The notes beneath the pieces were generated by a model. The model was not told where the DNA came from, did no database searches, and saw nothing but the letters and a program-made list of their open reading frames with translations. Of a stretch of DNA of 64,000 bases, positions 41,884 to 55,914 are shown piece after piece. The stretch is from assembly GCA_951406725.2 (NCBI GenBank), contig OX597814.1, positions 42,966,001-43,030,000 of the forward strand, written 5' to 3'. The position numbers and the translations under genes were made by a program. Within the stretch, counting starts at the first letter, position 1; the number at the start of each line of letters is the position of its first letter. Origin of the DNA: Octopus vulgaris. Lineage: Eukaryota.

Positions 41884-43990
41884 TATATGGATGTATACAC
41901 ACACATTTATTATTTGTCACGTGGGTATATTGCGAGAATATTTCTCATTACTCGATGTTTCATACTTTTATCGTAAAATATGTCAGTCTGTTTTAGCTTT
42001 TTAGGCTGAACGTTTCATATATACACCATAAGGAAATGCGTGTATTCTTCTGGAAAACACGAATTTTCCATTAGAAGAATAAAAGCCGAAGAATATTTTA
42101 GCAAATAAAATAACATTTTACGTCATCTAATAAAATAAAATATATAATAATCTAATTGGATATCATAATAAAAGCCATTAATATAAAGAGTTTCGAGATA
42201 ATGCGTTCATAATATGTAAGATAAAAATACGACATCATTGCAAATTTAATCAGTAATAGTTTTCACAGCTCCACAGTAATACATAAGTTATTATGCAATT
42301 GATATATTTTAAATAAATATAAAATGAAAAAATTAATATTATTTTTTGCGAAACTTCGCCGTTACAATTATGCATATATTGCATTATATATTGCAAGAAC
42401 ACAACGAATACTGTGCAGTTATATATGAACTGTGATATCAACAAATAAAGAAAACATCTTCATACATTTTTTTTTTAGTAATGAATGTCTGAGAAACCTC
42501 AAATCATCCTATATATTAATATTATATTTCAGATCACTTATTCATATAACTTAAATTATATGTTTATTTTTACCTATATTCTTGGATATACGTATACTTA
42601 TATGCGTATGTACACACACAGAGCTATTCATGAATATATGTTAATATAATATATCAATATGGTTTTGGGAATATTCTGCTTGATAAAAATATGATGGACG
42701 ATTTTATGGAGCTGCGTAATGCATCAACACAAATTATATTTTTGTAATTTTTTGACAAGGGAACTTTTCATTTATGGCGGTCATTATATTACATAAAAAT
42801 TCATTTACCGAAATTCAGATGGGCACAAAATAGACAACTAGCCTTAGTTGTCTTTGAAGTCCCACCCTCAATGAAAGACTATTGTGCAATGACTGTTTTT
42901 CCAAGTATTTATTGTATCCTTCTCTAAAATTTAATTTCCAATGTCTTTAACCGTATTTCCATACCAGCAGCTGAAATCACATTTAACAATCCCTCTTTCT
43001 ACTTCAAGGATATATTTAAGAAAAGAAACTTTTCGTATCAAATCACTTATATACATGGCGCGTCGAAAAGGAGCCAGTGATTTTTTTTTAAATCAAAAAC
43101 TGACGTGCAGCCCTCATATGAAAGCTAGCCCAATAATTGTGTTCCTTACATTAAAGTGTTGCAAAACTTGTTAGCCACTTGCCACTTCTGATGAAAATTT
43201 TGTCTTAAAGGTTGCTCTAATACCAAAAACAGTGAACAAATATCTCTATGAAATTGCATAGAGTCAGTATCTTTACTTAGCTACAAGTGTCCAGAATAGA
43301 TGTATTTCGTATTGTGAAGGTACGTTTTAAATGGGACTAGCTTACACTTAGTTTCTACATCCATAGTTATGTTATAGGTCACGGTAGTTCAAGCGCATTT
43401 GATTATGAAGCTATATATTTAAATAAATTAGACTGCAATTACAACAAGGACAGTTATTAACACTATACGTAGAGATGCTCGAATGGCAAATATTTCACGC
43501 CATCCCAATTTGCATTCTCATTAAAAAAAAACTAGAATTTGCAGTTTTCTTAAGAACAAGCATAGATATTCATATATAGCCATTTATAGATTCGTATGTT
43601 CTAATTCCTATTATGTAAATTGTAACCGAATACATTTTACGTACACATCTGATATTCAGGGTTATTCTGCACAACGTATCTTCCACGATTCCCTTTACTG
43701 TCTCGGAAATGAATTTCTTTAACTGGCATAAACATTTTCTTGCATTGTAGTACTTTTCAATTCTGTATGAATAAAATCCCTAGCAGCTGCATCGAGTCTT
43801 CTGTAGCTTGATTTTGGTATATATATATAAATATAAATATATTTTCTGTCGAGGATTTATATGCCCCATTATTAAACTAATTTCTTTAGTTATTGTGCAG
43901 TGATCGCGTATAAGCATTAAGCTGATAAAATAGTATTACTATTATTTACAGAATTGTAAATCGGCACTGCTAAACATAAGCATTGCAGTG

Positions 43991-44103
<113 letters not shown>

Positions 44104-44353
44104 TGTGCGTGTATGTATATGTGTGTGTGTTTGTGCGTGTGTGTATAATAACAATACTCGTTGGAAGGAATTTATAAATATTTATAAATTAGCATCGCTA
44201 CGCGCGTTTCAACCGATTACCTGTCACTTACGTCACTTAAGATCTTATCTCGCTATTCCTGGGATCATTGCAGTATAGTCCGTAGTATCCGCGGGCATCG
44301 GGTAGCTCATTTTCATGGATTCATTTCTTCAGGTATGAATCCACACACACTTA

Positions 44354-45218
44354 CAGACTGCGATAGATAAACAGTCACAAATTTATATTTTTAGTTTTTC
44401 CACATTTGCATTGTTTGTTTTGACTTTGTCTACTACTCAGTATTGTAGGGTCACTTAATCACCGTCTATGAGAAAAACAGCGCCATGATGCAATTCACTC
44501 TGCCAGAAATTTGCAAAAAAGAAAATATGCTGCACAACTTGTCACGCGCGCTGGAAGCTGCAGTACGGATATTTTAGTGAATTTTGGTGTCAACTTGAGG
44601 ATATATACCATGAGTGATAAAACCAAACATGTATTCAACATCAAGGTGTTTAGAGTGATTACTACTGATGGTGATGTTATGCCTCCATTCATTTTCTAAC
44701 AAGGCCTCGTACTCAACACGGAGGCCTACATCAAGTACCTGGAGGAGGTAGTGCTGCCTGGGTCAAGAGGCTGTCTGCTGGAAAACCTATGTCTGGAAAC
44801 TCGGCACCAAGCTACACATGCAAGGGTACCTAATCATGGCTCACAGGCAATTTCTGCAACCACAGCCCCTATTATCTGGCCACCTAACTCCCAGACTGGA
44901 ACCCCCTGATTATTATGTGTGGGGTGCATTTGAGCGAGAGACCAACAAAGCACCTTATAACACCAAATATGAACTGAAGGCCAGTATTATGGCAGCATTC
45001 AACAACTTAATCAAGGAGACCGTCCTGAAGAGTTGCGGCCGATTCTGAAGTGGTCTGGATGCCGTGGTTGAAATCAATGGCATTTTATTAAAAACATATA
45101 CTCTTTAGTACTTCAAGATATTTTCATGTAATTTGGGGTAAATATATTTGTTAAAATGCGATGGCTGTGTTATTTTTATTCTTGCGTAATTTAGATGACA
45201 GTTAACCACCACACCTTT
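44354..45218 (+). mobile_element. Internally deleted Tc1/mariner-superfamily (DD37D/maT-like) transposon
   Basis: VITTDGDVMPPFIF, YIKYLEEVVLP, WPPNS, PPDYYVWGAFERETNK and LKASI..CGRF motifs; TIRs are only weakly recognisable. Confidence 0.75.
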
Positions 45219-45220
45219 TA

Positions 45221-45261
<41 letters not shown>

Positions 45262-45265
<4 letters not shown>

Positions 45266-46600
45266 TGATTGATTGATTGATTGATTCCAGTTTCAGCTTA
45301 TGAGCTGTGGCCATGCTGGGGCACCGCCATTTGGTGTTGCTACTTGGTTTCACTTCATGGAGGCTTTCTAGCAACTGCTATTTGGTGCATGAGAGAGTTC
45401 GATGCAGCTGCCCTCATCTGCCCCTCCTGCCGTGAAGTTGGTTCATCTGGGACACCTGACAGGAAGAGATCCAGCTCCATTTTAAAGACAACTGTATCCA
45501 CCCCATGCAGGTCTCTCAGGTTCATCGGGAGGATATTGAAGATCTGTGGGCCTCGGAAGCCCAGGCTATCACAGAATCTTGTCCTACATCTTGATGGCAA
45601 GTTTGGAGTCCTAGGCACCACGCAGTGGCGCCCAGTTCTGGCGTTTGCGTAACTCTCGATGCCAAAGTTCAGGACACTTCCCTCCAGGATCTTCCAGATG
45701 TATATTATGGCATATCTTTCCCGCCTACGCTCCAGGGAATATAATTTTAATCTCTTGAGTCTTTCCCAGTAGCTTACATTCTGCATAGAGGCTATCTTCT
45801 TCGTGTAGCTTCGTTGGATCGCCTCAAGTTCTGTGATCAACTTGACACTGGATGGTGACCATAGCTGAGAGCAATTGTCAAAGTGACTTAGGACAAGTGT
45901 CTTCCAGAGGACCATCATGGTTTCTTGTACTCTTGTTCTAAAGGTTCTAAGAATCCATCCAGCCAGCCGTCTGCATTTCATTGTCAGTTTAGCAACATGT
46001 ACATGAAAGGTCGCGTCATCACTCATGTGAATACCCAGGTCACGCACTGATTGTGCCTCTGGGATTGCAATCCCTCCGGGTCCAGTGTATTCCTTGGGTA
46101 TTGCATTCAGTTTTGCATGCTGATAGTATAAAGCTTGAAACTTTTCAGCATTGAACTGCATGCTATTCTTTTCAGCCCACTTGTATATTTCGTCCTGCTC
46201 ATATTGCAGGTGCCTAGTGTCTTCAGGGTTCTGTATTGCCTGTGAAACTTTTGTATCATCTGCATAACTTGTGATCGTGGCTCTCCGCGTGGCTGAGGGA
46301 ATGTCTGAGAGGGCCATTATGAACAGTAGTGGTCCCAAAACAGTGCCCTGTGGAACACCGCTCACTATTTGCGTGCTAATGGAAGTGGCCCCATTGGCTA
46401 CTACCACCTGACTTCTATTCTTTAGAAAGTCGTGAAGCCATTCTCCTAGTTTTCCAACTATGCCAAGATCACGCAGTTTGTGACATATCATTCCATGATC
46501 GACTTTATCGAAGGCCTTTGCGAAGTCGAGATATATGACTTCCACATTTGAGTGGTTGAGCAGTTGTTTCAGCACCCAGTCATAGTGCTGCAGGAGCTGA
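45262..46600 (-). mobile_element. 5'-truncated CR1-group LINE with open RT C-terminal frame and (AATC)n tail
   Basis: ORF 45355..46623 has [55 protein letters not shown] and VPDEP, followed by a short 3'UTR and (AATC)n. About 410 codons are uninterrupted. Confidence 0.93.
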
Positions 46601-46824
46601 GTTATATATATATTCACACACACACAATGAAAGGACTATTATATATTATATTCATTTCAAATTTTGGCACAATACCAGTAATGTTTGTAGAGATGGTAAG
46701 TCGATTACATTGACACTGGTACTCGTGTGGCACGTATCTTATCGACCCCAAAATGTGATGAAATGCGAAGTGGACCCCGGCGGAATGTGAACTCATCAGA
46801 CGCATATATATATATATATATATA

Positions 46825-46889
<65 letters not shown>

Positions 46890-47859
46890 TGTGTATATGT
46901 ATGTATATGTATGTATCTATGTATAGAGTATTAGGTGTGATGTGAATGAATTGATTATTGAGAAAATAGTCGTCAGAACTTTGGAAAAAATCCTTTATTT
47001 CTTCATTATTATTAGCGCTTTCGTTCCTTTCTAGAACTTGTGAAATAAAATTATGTGAATTTATAAACAGATTGTTCATTTCTATAGAACAGGTGTCTTT
47101 TGGGTGGGGTTGTTCAGAAGAAGAAATTGGTATTGTTTTTTAGGGTGAGAATCCATGATAATGGAGATGAATAGATAGAAATATATGTAGGTAGATAGGC
47201 TGAGAGATAGATAGATAGATAGATACATACATACATACATACATACATACACACATGCATACATAGACAGATAGAGAGAGGCGTAGAGGGAAAGAAAGAG
47301 AGGAGGATATCCACCTTCCTCTTCCCATTCATTCATTTATGTATTTATCTAGTCCTTTACCATTGTATTGGAATGGGTTTAAGGATGGTGAAGCTCTCAA
47401 AACAAAAACAGAGGCGGTTTGGTTGTCACTGAAAGTCATTTTGTTTTCTTTCCCTCTTCATTGTTCCATTTCTTTCTTCTGTCTTCCTTTTTTTCTTTCT
47501 TTCCTGTTTTCTTTTTCCTCTTTTCTTTCAATTTCTCCTCTTTGAGTTATATTTAGAATATACACCTTCCAAACGTTCATTTATAGAGGGAATGTTTTGA
47601 TAAAGTTTAGTTCTGTATGAGAATACATTAGTATAATATTTGCAAATTAACAAATTGAAAAATCAATCAATAAATAAAATAAAACGAATATATATATATA
47701 TATATACATACTTACATATATATGCACTTACACACACGCACGCACACACACACACACATACACACACACACATATATATATATATATATGAATATTTGTA
47801 GAGATGAGCCACATTTGGAATAAATAATTCAAATTCTCCATTTTAACTTCAAACGTTCA

Positions 47860-48335
47860 ATTTTAGGGAGACTCCCTTGATGAATCGTGAGTGTGTGAGT
47901 GCAATTTTCTGTGTGTGTTGTTGGGAACGCTTCTTTCAGTTCCATGATTTTGCGTTAGAGAACATTAGTATAACACAAAATGTACCGTCTCTGCTCTTCT
48001 TCCAAATATTCAATTTTGGAGAGAATTTTTTTGATGAAATGTACTTCTATTGCTTTTCAGCATTGAAGATTGTCCCGTGCACATTTGTAAAAGGGAAAAA
48101 AATTATAATTTTCCGTCACTTCATATTTCCAGATGCTCACTTAATGGAATCTTGCGTAATTCTTCTTGTCGGATATGTTGCCTGTGGACTTTTGCACGTT
48201 GGCAGAAGGAATTATTTGTTTCACCAATGTAACTTACTTTGCAGTTTGGGCAAGTAATGCAGAGTATGAGGATTTGCGTTTTGCAGTTCACATCCTCATT
48301 AATTTTGAAAAGAGATCCACTCTTGAATTTTTGAA
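47860..48335 (-). mobile_element. Second Neptune-type PLE GIY-YIG remnant
   Basis: VNCKTQILILCITCPNCKVSYIGETNNSFCQRAKVHRQHIRQEELRKIPLSEHLE aligns by eye with the 40040..40570 protein (FTCASENLIYVITCAGCNRQYIGHT..VHKSQIRNPDYRKIPVSGHID). Confidence 0.85.
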
Positions 48336-48541
48336 TGATAAATATAGATAGATTGACAAGTAGATATATAGATAGACAGAAAGACAAGCAGACAAACAGA
48401 TACACAGATACGCAAACAGTCAGACAGACAAGCAGAGAGACAGACAGTCACAGAGAGAGAGAGAGACGGACAGACATATAGATAGATAGACAGACAGATA
48501 GTGAGAAAAATAGACAGACAGCAGATAGATAGATAGATAGG

Positions 48542-48584
<43 letters not shown>

Positions 48585-48690
48585 GTTTCTTTATTGGCCA
48601 CACAGGGCTGCACACAGATGGGACAAGTTACAAGGTAGAGCTTTTCTTTTGGGGGATGAAAAAAACAAAAAACAAAAGAAACAAAAAAAG

Positions 48691-48721
<31 letters not shown>

Positions 48722-49749
48722 AAGCTACATATATTTTATCTACTAATTAGCTGAATTTTTTCTGTTCATTGTTCTTATATATAGTGTTTTCATTCTCATA
48801 TATATTTGCCTTATTTCTTTTCAAAGGTTCCGCATTTATTCGACGATTTCTTCTATTTCTGTTACTTATTGTCCCCGTGATTTCAACTTCATTTACTTTT
48901 TCACTTCATATCAAGGACCTTCCTTCTTGTTTCCCAATATTAGTTCTTCTCTCTTTTTTCTTTGTTTTTTTTTGCTTACATTTTATGATCATGTTTATTT
49001 TTGGTCTACTTATGTTATATTAAACCCGTCACAAACATATTCTAGTCACATTCAGATTTACCAAAATGTTCAGCAAGATTCATTCATTCAGTACGCAACT
49101 CTAGATCTGACCGATATGCTATTCTCAAATTTTCGAATACACATTGACGGTTGTGAAGTTTACCTGATCCATTGCAGTCGGTTATGTTGATATAATGAGA
49201 ACTTTTATACAACTAGCTCCTTTTAATTGAATAAATTAACGTATTTATAAAATGTATTGGAGTATTTGTAAATTAGCTATTATTTATTAACAAAAATGTA
49301 ATTCATTAAGGAACATTTCGCTTTCATTTTTGGTTATACTATAATCTCAGTAATAGAAAACTAGAAAACTAAATCTCATAAAGGATAGAAATATTGCTTT
49401 GCGTGAATTACAAAATTACTGTAAAATACCCGTACTTTATTTTGTAACATCTCTCCGGGTAAAATCAGCTTTGCATACATATTATATTGCATAACATTGC
49501 TTAAAATTATCCGATATATGTATACGTATCATTACATTACGCTATATGTTTAACTAAGCCGATTCGCAAATCTACTGGGACTGGTGACTACGTTTTGTGA
49601 AATTATAATCGGTAAATTATGCATGATAGACTCAAGATCGACCATTGGAAGGAATTTCATGACTTAATACATTAAATGATAGCTTAGGACATGATAGAAA
49701 AATCCGCTCATGAACATTGCTGTGAGCAAAATATTTGCAAAATTCACAT

Positions 49750-50800
49750 GGTCTCCAAATTATGGTAAAAAACATGACTTCGTGACATTTATTTCAATTT
49801 GTATATGCACGGATCAAGAATATAATAAAAGCAGTTTTAAATCTGAAACATTACCAGTCAACTGTAAGAATTACATGTTCAGAAAAATGTGCCATCCTAA
49901 TGATCTTCTCAGCTCCAAGGGAATGAGCATGTTATATTTCGGCAATAGCAAGTAAGGAATAAGGAAAGAACAGTCAGAAAACAAAGAGACAAGTTTATCG
50001 ACAGTATGGTTATTTTCCTCCTCCTTTCGCTGCTTTCCACATCCATGACAAGTTTTCTTACCACTTTGATTCCACCCACGTAACATGTTCGGTTCTTTTG
50101 TTCAACTGTTCGCGTCAAGTTTACAATTTCTCCGTATATCCATTGCTTAATACCGATGTAGTGAATTTTTGACTCTGTTTCAAAAGTCATCTTTTCCGTT
50201 TCTCACAGCAGGAGAATGAGGAAAATGGAAACTTTTTCAACCGTACGGCTAATTTGTTTTTACCCCACAGTCTTCGCCACATCTCTTCGGTTCCGTTCCA
50301 CAGAAATTGCAAGAATTAAAATTTCCAGATCAGATTTTGGCAGCTTGCATCGTCTTTCTCTAACCTTTGATATGCGTCTTGAATGAACCTTTCTCGATAG
50401 TTCTGTATTTTACTTTTAAACTCGGTGCCCTGTCCTGATTGCTATTCGCTATCGCCAGGTTTGGGATCACTATTTGCCAATCTTCACACAACATCGTATC
50501 CATTTCGCGACAACTTGACAAATGCTCGGCCATCGACATTTTGAATAAACAGCATTTCATCCTTCACGATACCACCAGGCCTATTTTTCTCCGTCAGCAA
50601 TGCCACTAAAATGTATTTCAACCTGAAACAATATTTCAACCAGTTTATATATGGAAGTTTCAAATGCCAGATTTCTTGATATTTCAACATCCTTTTCCGT
50701 CCCAAGTACAGTAACCAGCTCATTTCAAAATCCCGCTTTCTTCAGTGTATGTCTTAAACCGTTTTTACCACTGCACGTCCAGCTTCCCATGATTATTTTC
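49750..50800 (-). mobile_element. Possible very old piggyBac transposase remnant
   Basis: Only weak resemblance of VVRKLVMDVESSERRRKITILSINLSL to the piggyBac VV..LV..I..SGRNIT.DN.FTS.SL region; no TIR/TTAA identified. Confidence 0.3.
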
Positions 50801-51873
50801 GCACTAGCTCAACTTTTGCCACTGTAAGTCCATTGCTAACATAAAGCGTTACAGCTTTTGTCATATATGAAGCTGTGGGGCATAATTTCTCGGCGTACTA
50901 AACTTTTTCAGAAGAATTTTCCTGCATGTATTTTGACAGTGCCTCGCACTATTGTTTTAAACTTCAGTATGCGTGCACTAATTAAATATCATGAACTTTC
51001 CCTATTTTCGCATCGTTGGATTCAATTTCTGTGGACTTTCTAAAAACTTGCATAACTTGAACTAACTTGAACACTTGCACATAATCTGGAACTTGTATTT
51101 AGCTTGCACCTAGTTAGGGATTTTTGTTCCTTGCCCTTTCATGTATTTATTCAATTTTCTTTGCATTTGCATGGTTTTGTATATGACTTAATTTTTGAGT
51201 TTTCAGGACATCTATTCACGTACATATTGTTTTATGAGTATTCTGTATATTAGTATAATTGTCTAATGTTTGCACACATGCTTGGATGCCTTCACCCAGT
51301 TATACACATGCACCATATACCATACTTTTGGGTTGCTTTCTCATGCTCAACACGCACTTGTAAGACACAACATACCTCTATTAGACACATGGATGGTCAT
51401 GTTAGAAATAGAAAGTTGCCCTTTGCCTCAGTCACGCTACATACTTGAATGATCTCCCTTACAAGAAAGGTTATAGAGTAACCTCCATTTCTAAGTTTTT
51501 CGAAGCAACTGTGTTATGAGACGTAATTCTTAATTATTCAAGAAGCTAAGCGTTTCCCTTAATGTTCCATTAAAAAAATCAGATTGCTAACCCTCCTCTT
51601 CGCTTTTTAGTCGATTAGACTTAAAGCCATTCACATCATTGCTATGTCCGTCTATTTCTCTACGCCACATATCTGCAAACTACCACTTAATTATTTCTGT
51701 ATTTTCTATCTCTGAACTTTCTTGCATAGATTACTTCATTCACCTAGATTCTACATTTTGTAAATATGTAGTAAATATATAGTTATTGAACTTACTCTTC
51801 ACCTGTATGTGAACAATTGTAATAACGTACACGCAGATACACTAACACATTGTACTCACTATACATTACCACC

Positions 51874-51953
<80 letters not shown>

Positions 51954-52049
51954 CGGGAAAGTTTATGTACATATAGAGAAGACGAAGGCAGGTGGAGTAG
52001 AAACAAACACATGTATTAGTATAGCGCTCAGGAATAGAAATAGAAAAAG

Positions 52050-52087
52050 TATTTTACGTTTCGAGCCTACGCTCTTCGACAGAAAGA
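52050..52087 (-). ncRNA. Ultra-minimal hammerhead-like motif lacking stem III loop
   Basis: The minus strand reads tcttt-CTGTCGA-a-gagc.gtag.gctc-GAAAC-GTA-aaata: perfect stem II, GAAAC-GUH junction, A6-to-U variant core. It lies in a ~190-bp insert between (TA)n and (GATA)n. Confidence 0.6.
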
Positions 52088-52147
52088 TACACAGAAAAAA
52101 GCAAGGAGAGAAAAAATACGTGTAGGAGCTAACGATCTATCATAAAG

Positions 52148-52298
<151 letters not shown>

Positions 52299-55200
52299 CG
52301 AATAGATTAGATATACAACACACTTCTTCCAGCTTTCGTCAACCAAATCCACTCAAAAACTGTATTCGGCCCGAGTCTAGATTAGAAGACATTATTCCGA
52401 ATTACCATGCATGGATTTAACCTACACCTCTGTGGCTAAAAATCAGCCAGGGCTGCGCTTATATACTTTTTTTCATTGTCATGCTTTTGAAATATGTCCA
52501 TTTAATAAGCTGTACTAAACCCTTTTTATATTTCATTGCTTAACATAAAACAAAAACCAAATTATGGAATGATATCGAAACACTGAATCCTAATTACCCT
52601 GTTACTAGTTAGAAAACGTGTATCTATGCTTTATAAATGTATCTTCCAGATCAATATTCTACTAGTATTTGAAATAAAACTCACACGTTTATTTTATTTC
52701 CCATGCATTTCTTTTAGTTTCCAAGTAATATATATCACATATTGCCAGAGTATTGTGGAAATCCAGCAGAGATTGAAAGAAAACTATTCTACGTACATCT
52801 AAAATTATATTTACTATGGTCAAATTCATATATTTAAAATATTGAAAGGAAAGCGACAATGTTCAAAGACATAATATCAAAATGAGAGAATTTAAGTGAC
52901 GTTCGGGGGGGACAAATATATATATATATATGGTGGTTGGTAAGCAAGCTACTTCTCACACAGCCACTCCATATCTACATATATATATGGAATTGTCATA
53001 GTAAAAAGTAAACGATAGGAAATATCACAGCTTTTTGTTTGTTCACTGTACTTCATCCAAAAATGCTCGGAAATATATAAACTACAAATCTATGCAGTTT
53101 AAATAATTCAAAGCACTTCGAAGAAACTCGACGTCTTTGTTAACTTGACAACTATTAAACCTACCTGCATTTCATTACCTGATATATGGTAGATAGATAA
53201 TATGTCAAGAATTGTCAATAATTTGAGAGATGCCACAGTAACAACAATTCAGTAACATCTAGAAATAATCGCAACTAGAAAGTTTTTTTCTTTAAATACA
53301 GAACAGGTAACTGTTTACATTGCAATGCATTTTTGCTGTTAATATCTTCAAAAGGAATCCATTTTCTATAATCCGCGCTGAAATGGCAGCTAGATATCAA
53401 TGAAACCATTACAATATCTATCCGTATAACAGGTCTCTGTGTAACATTGTCTTTGTATGAAACAGACAGTTCTGTTTCTAAAAGAGAAATATATTTAAAG
53501 CGAAGAACGTTAGTGTTGTAATTTTTCACAGTTTGCTGCAATATTCGAGTTATAATTGACGGAGTAACTCGCTTGAATATAACAAGTAGAATGCTATAAA
53601 ATGCACAGGAGAAATCTTCCATCACACTCTAAGTAACTATCTAGTAAATGTGAGCGTGCGTATGTGTGTGTGCGTGTGTTCGACTGTATGTGTGTGAGAG
53701 AGTCTGTGTGTGTGTGTGAGAGAGAGTGAGGGAGAGATAGAAAGAGAGACTCTGTGTGTGTATGTGAGTGTGTGTTATATGCAATATATCAATGTATCTT
53801 AGATATGAAGGTGTCTGTAAAAAGTATTTTTTCTGAACAGAAATAAAGAAGCAGTAGACAAGTGTAATGAATTTCATATTTATTAATATTTTGAGATTTT
53901 ATTATATCCCGTGTTGGTTACACAATATCGAATATATGCCTACGTAACGGTGCTAATAAATAGTCTCATTTGACGTTAACATTTGTTTCAATGAGTGAAA
54001 AACACAGCTTCTTTTCTTATTTAATAAGTACATACATTTCAATATTTTATGAAGCCCCAAACGCACAAGAACGATTTGGAAAAACCTTTTTTGATAATCC
54101 ATCGATATAAAATTGAGGTAAATTGCAGCTGTCTATGACATCGAGTGTTATCCGAAATCTGTGAGCTTTTAATCTATTTGGTTATTAAAACAATATACTC
54201 TTAACACTTCAGTAATTTTCCAATTGAATAAGTTACAAAAATACATATAAATCAATCTGTGCCATATGCATAGGCTCTAAACACGTGTGACTTAAAGATC
54301 AATGCCCCGATAATGCAAAATTACTGAAAGAACCCTGATACTATATCAAATCTGTTCCAGCAAATACCACATTTTCTATCGAGACACATATTGCGAATAA
54401 GTAGTTAGTGTTATATACTGTTCTAGTTCTTGTATTCTACACTGTTTTTACACAGTATTGGATGAACTTTATAGATATATTCCGTAGCATAAAATAGCAT
54501 TCAAACATAATACTTTTAACGCATAATTATTATAAAAACATATATGTATATGGTTATACATTGTATGCATCTGCTTCTCTCTATATGTGCTTATATGCGA
54601 ATGGGAGGATGGTGTGTGTATATGTGTAGCGTGTAAAGAGAAATGTACATATGTACGTGTATACATATATACAGTGAATTGTATGTTTATCAACTTGCTA
54701 AGTATTACATAAAATTTCTGTCTGAACATACGGGTGTATATATTCGCCCACTAACACATATTTCAAAGCCAGTACTGAGGGTAAGACACAGACTTTCAAC
54801 ACAAATTTATCTTTTAATTTCCAAACAAATCTAACATCTCACACCGGTGTATACATACATGATTCAATAATAACAAGCATTAACAATACTAATCCCTATT
54901 ATTTTTTAAATTAAATATATGTAAGTTAAACTTTTATCCTACTCAAGTGCTAATGACATCTATCCAATGTCAACAATGTATACTTTACTCTACTTTTTCT
55001 TTTCATTTTATGAAAATCTGAATAATTTTTCTTCCTTTCCTTTTATATTTATAATTTCTTTTTTCAGTTTTTTATCGTTGCTTGTCATTTCGTTACTTAG
55101 CCCGTCCATAGTGCTTTCATGTAATTACAGAGGGAGAACGAAATGAGAGAGAAAATGACAGACAGAGAAAAGAAGGAGGGAGGAAAGGAAAAACGAAGGA

Positions 55201-55820
55201 GAGAGAAGCGTCCATGTCATGAGGTGGTTTGAAGGGAAAGAGAAATAAGCTGAGAGAAAAGACAAAAAAGATAAGGTGAAGAGTGAGATACAAAGAGGGA
55301 GATAGAAAAATACGTGGAGAAAAAAGTAGAGAAAACGTCCATGACATGAGGTAGGGTCAACGTAATATTTATTATGTGTTTCAAAATGTTAGTTGAAGTT
55401 AGTAATATAGAGGAGGAAGTTAACAAATGTAATATTAGCAGAGGGGTGAAGTTCTGATGGTGAGGTCACAGAAAGGCACAGAGAGAGGAGAAGGGAGAAG
55501 AGGGAAAGAAAGTGGGAGACAGAGATATGATGATGGTAGTAGTGGTGGTGATGGAGGTGGCGGATAAAGAAAAGTGTATGTTTTTTTTAAAATTGAACTA
55601 AGTTTTTTGTATATCACCTATCAATTAACGCATGCGCATACATGCAATTCCGTGGAATATTCATGCTCACTTACGCGCCAGATACATGCAATTTAACTAA
55701 AGGTTGTATCCTATGTACGGTGATATATGTATATTTCTTTGTTCATGGGAAAAAAAGGAAAAAGAACTGACTATTTTTTATGAGTAATATTTATTACGTC
55801 TACAAATTGTGCATAAAATT

Positions 55821-55914
55821 TATAGAGTAATATCCCTGCCTGTCCTGCGGGACACAGGGGTTTAATCCCCTGCCTGTCATGCGGGAGACCAGCTTTCGAT
55901 TCCCCACCGGGAAG
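55821..55914 (+). pseudogene. tRNA-Asp(GTC)-derived pseudogene with internal duplication of the anticodon/T-arm region
   Basis: TATCCCTGCCTGTCCTGCGGGACACAGGGGTTTAATCCCC is followed by TGCCTGTCATGCGGGAGACCAGCTTTCGATTCCCCACCGGGAAG; both resemble metazoan tRNA-Asp TATCCCCGCCTGTCACGCGGGAGACCGGGGTTCGATTCCCCGACGGGGAG. The 5' acceptor strand is missing. Confidence 0.8.

Noticed and set aside
53275-53625. 116-aa ORF in non-repetitive sequence
   Set aside because: No recognisable domain or splice support; the length is compatible with chance.
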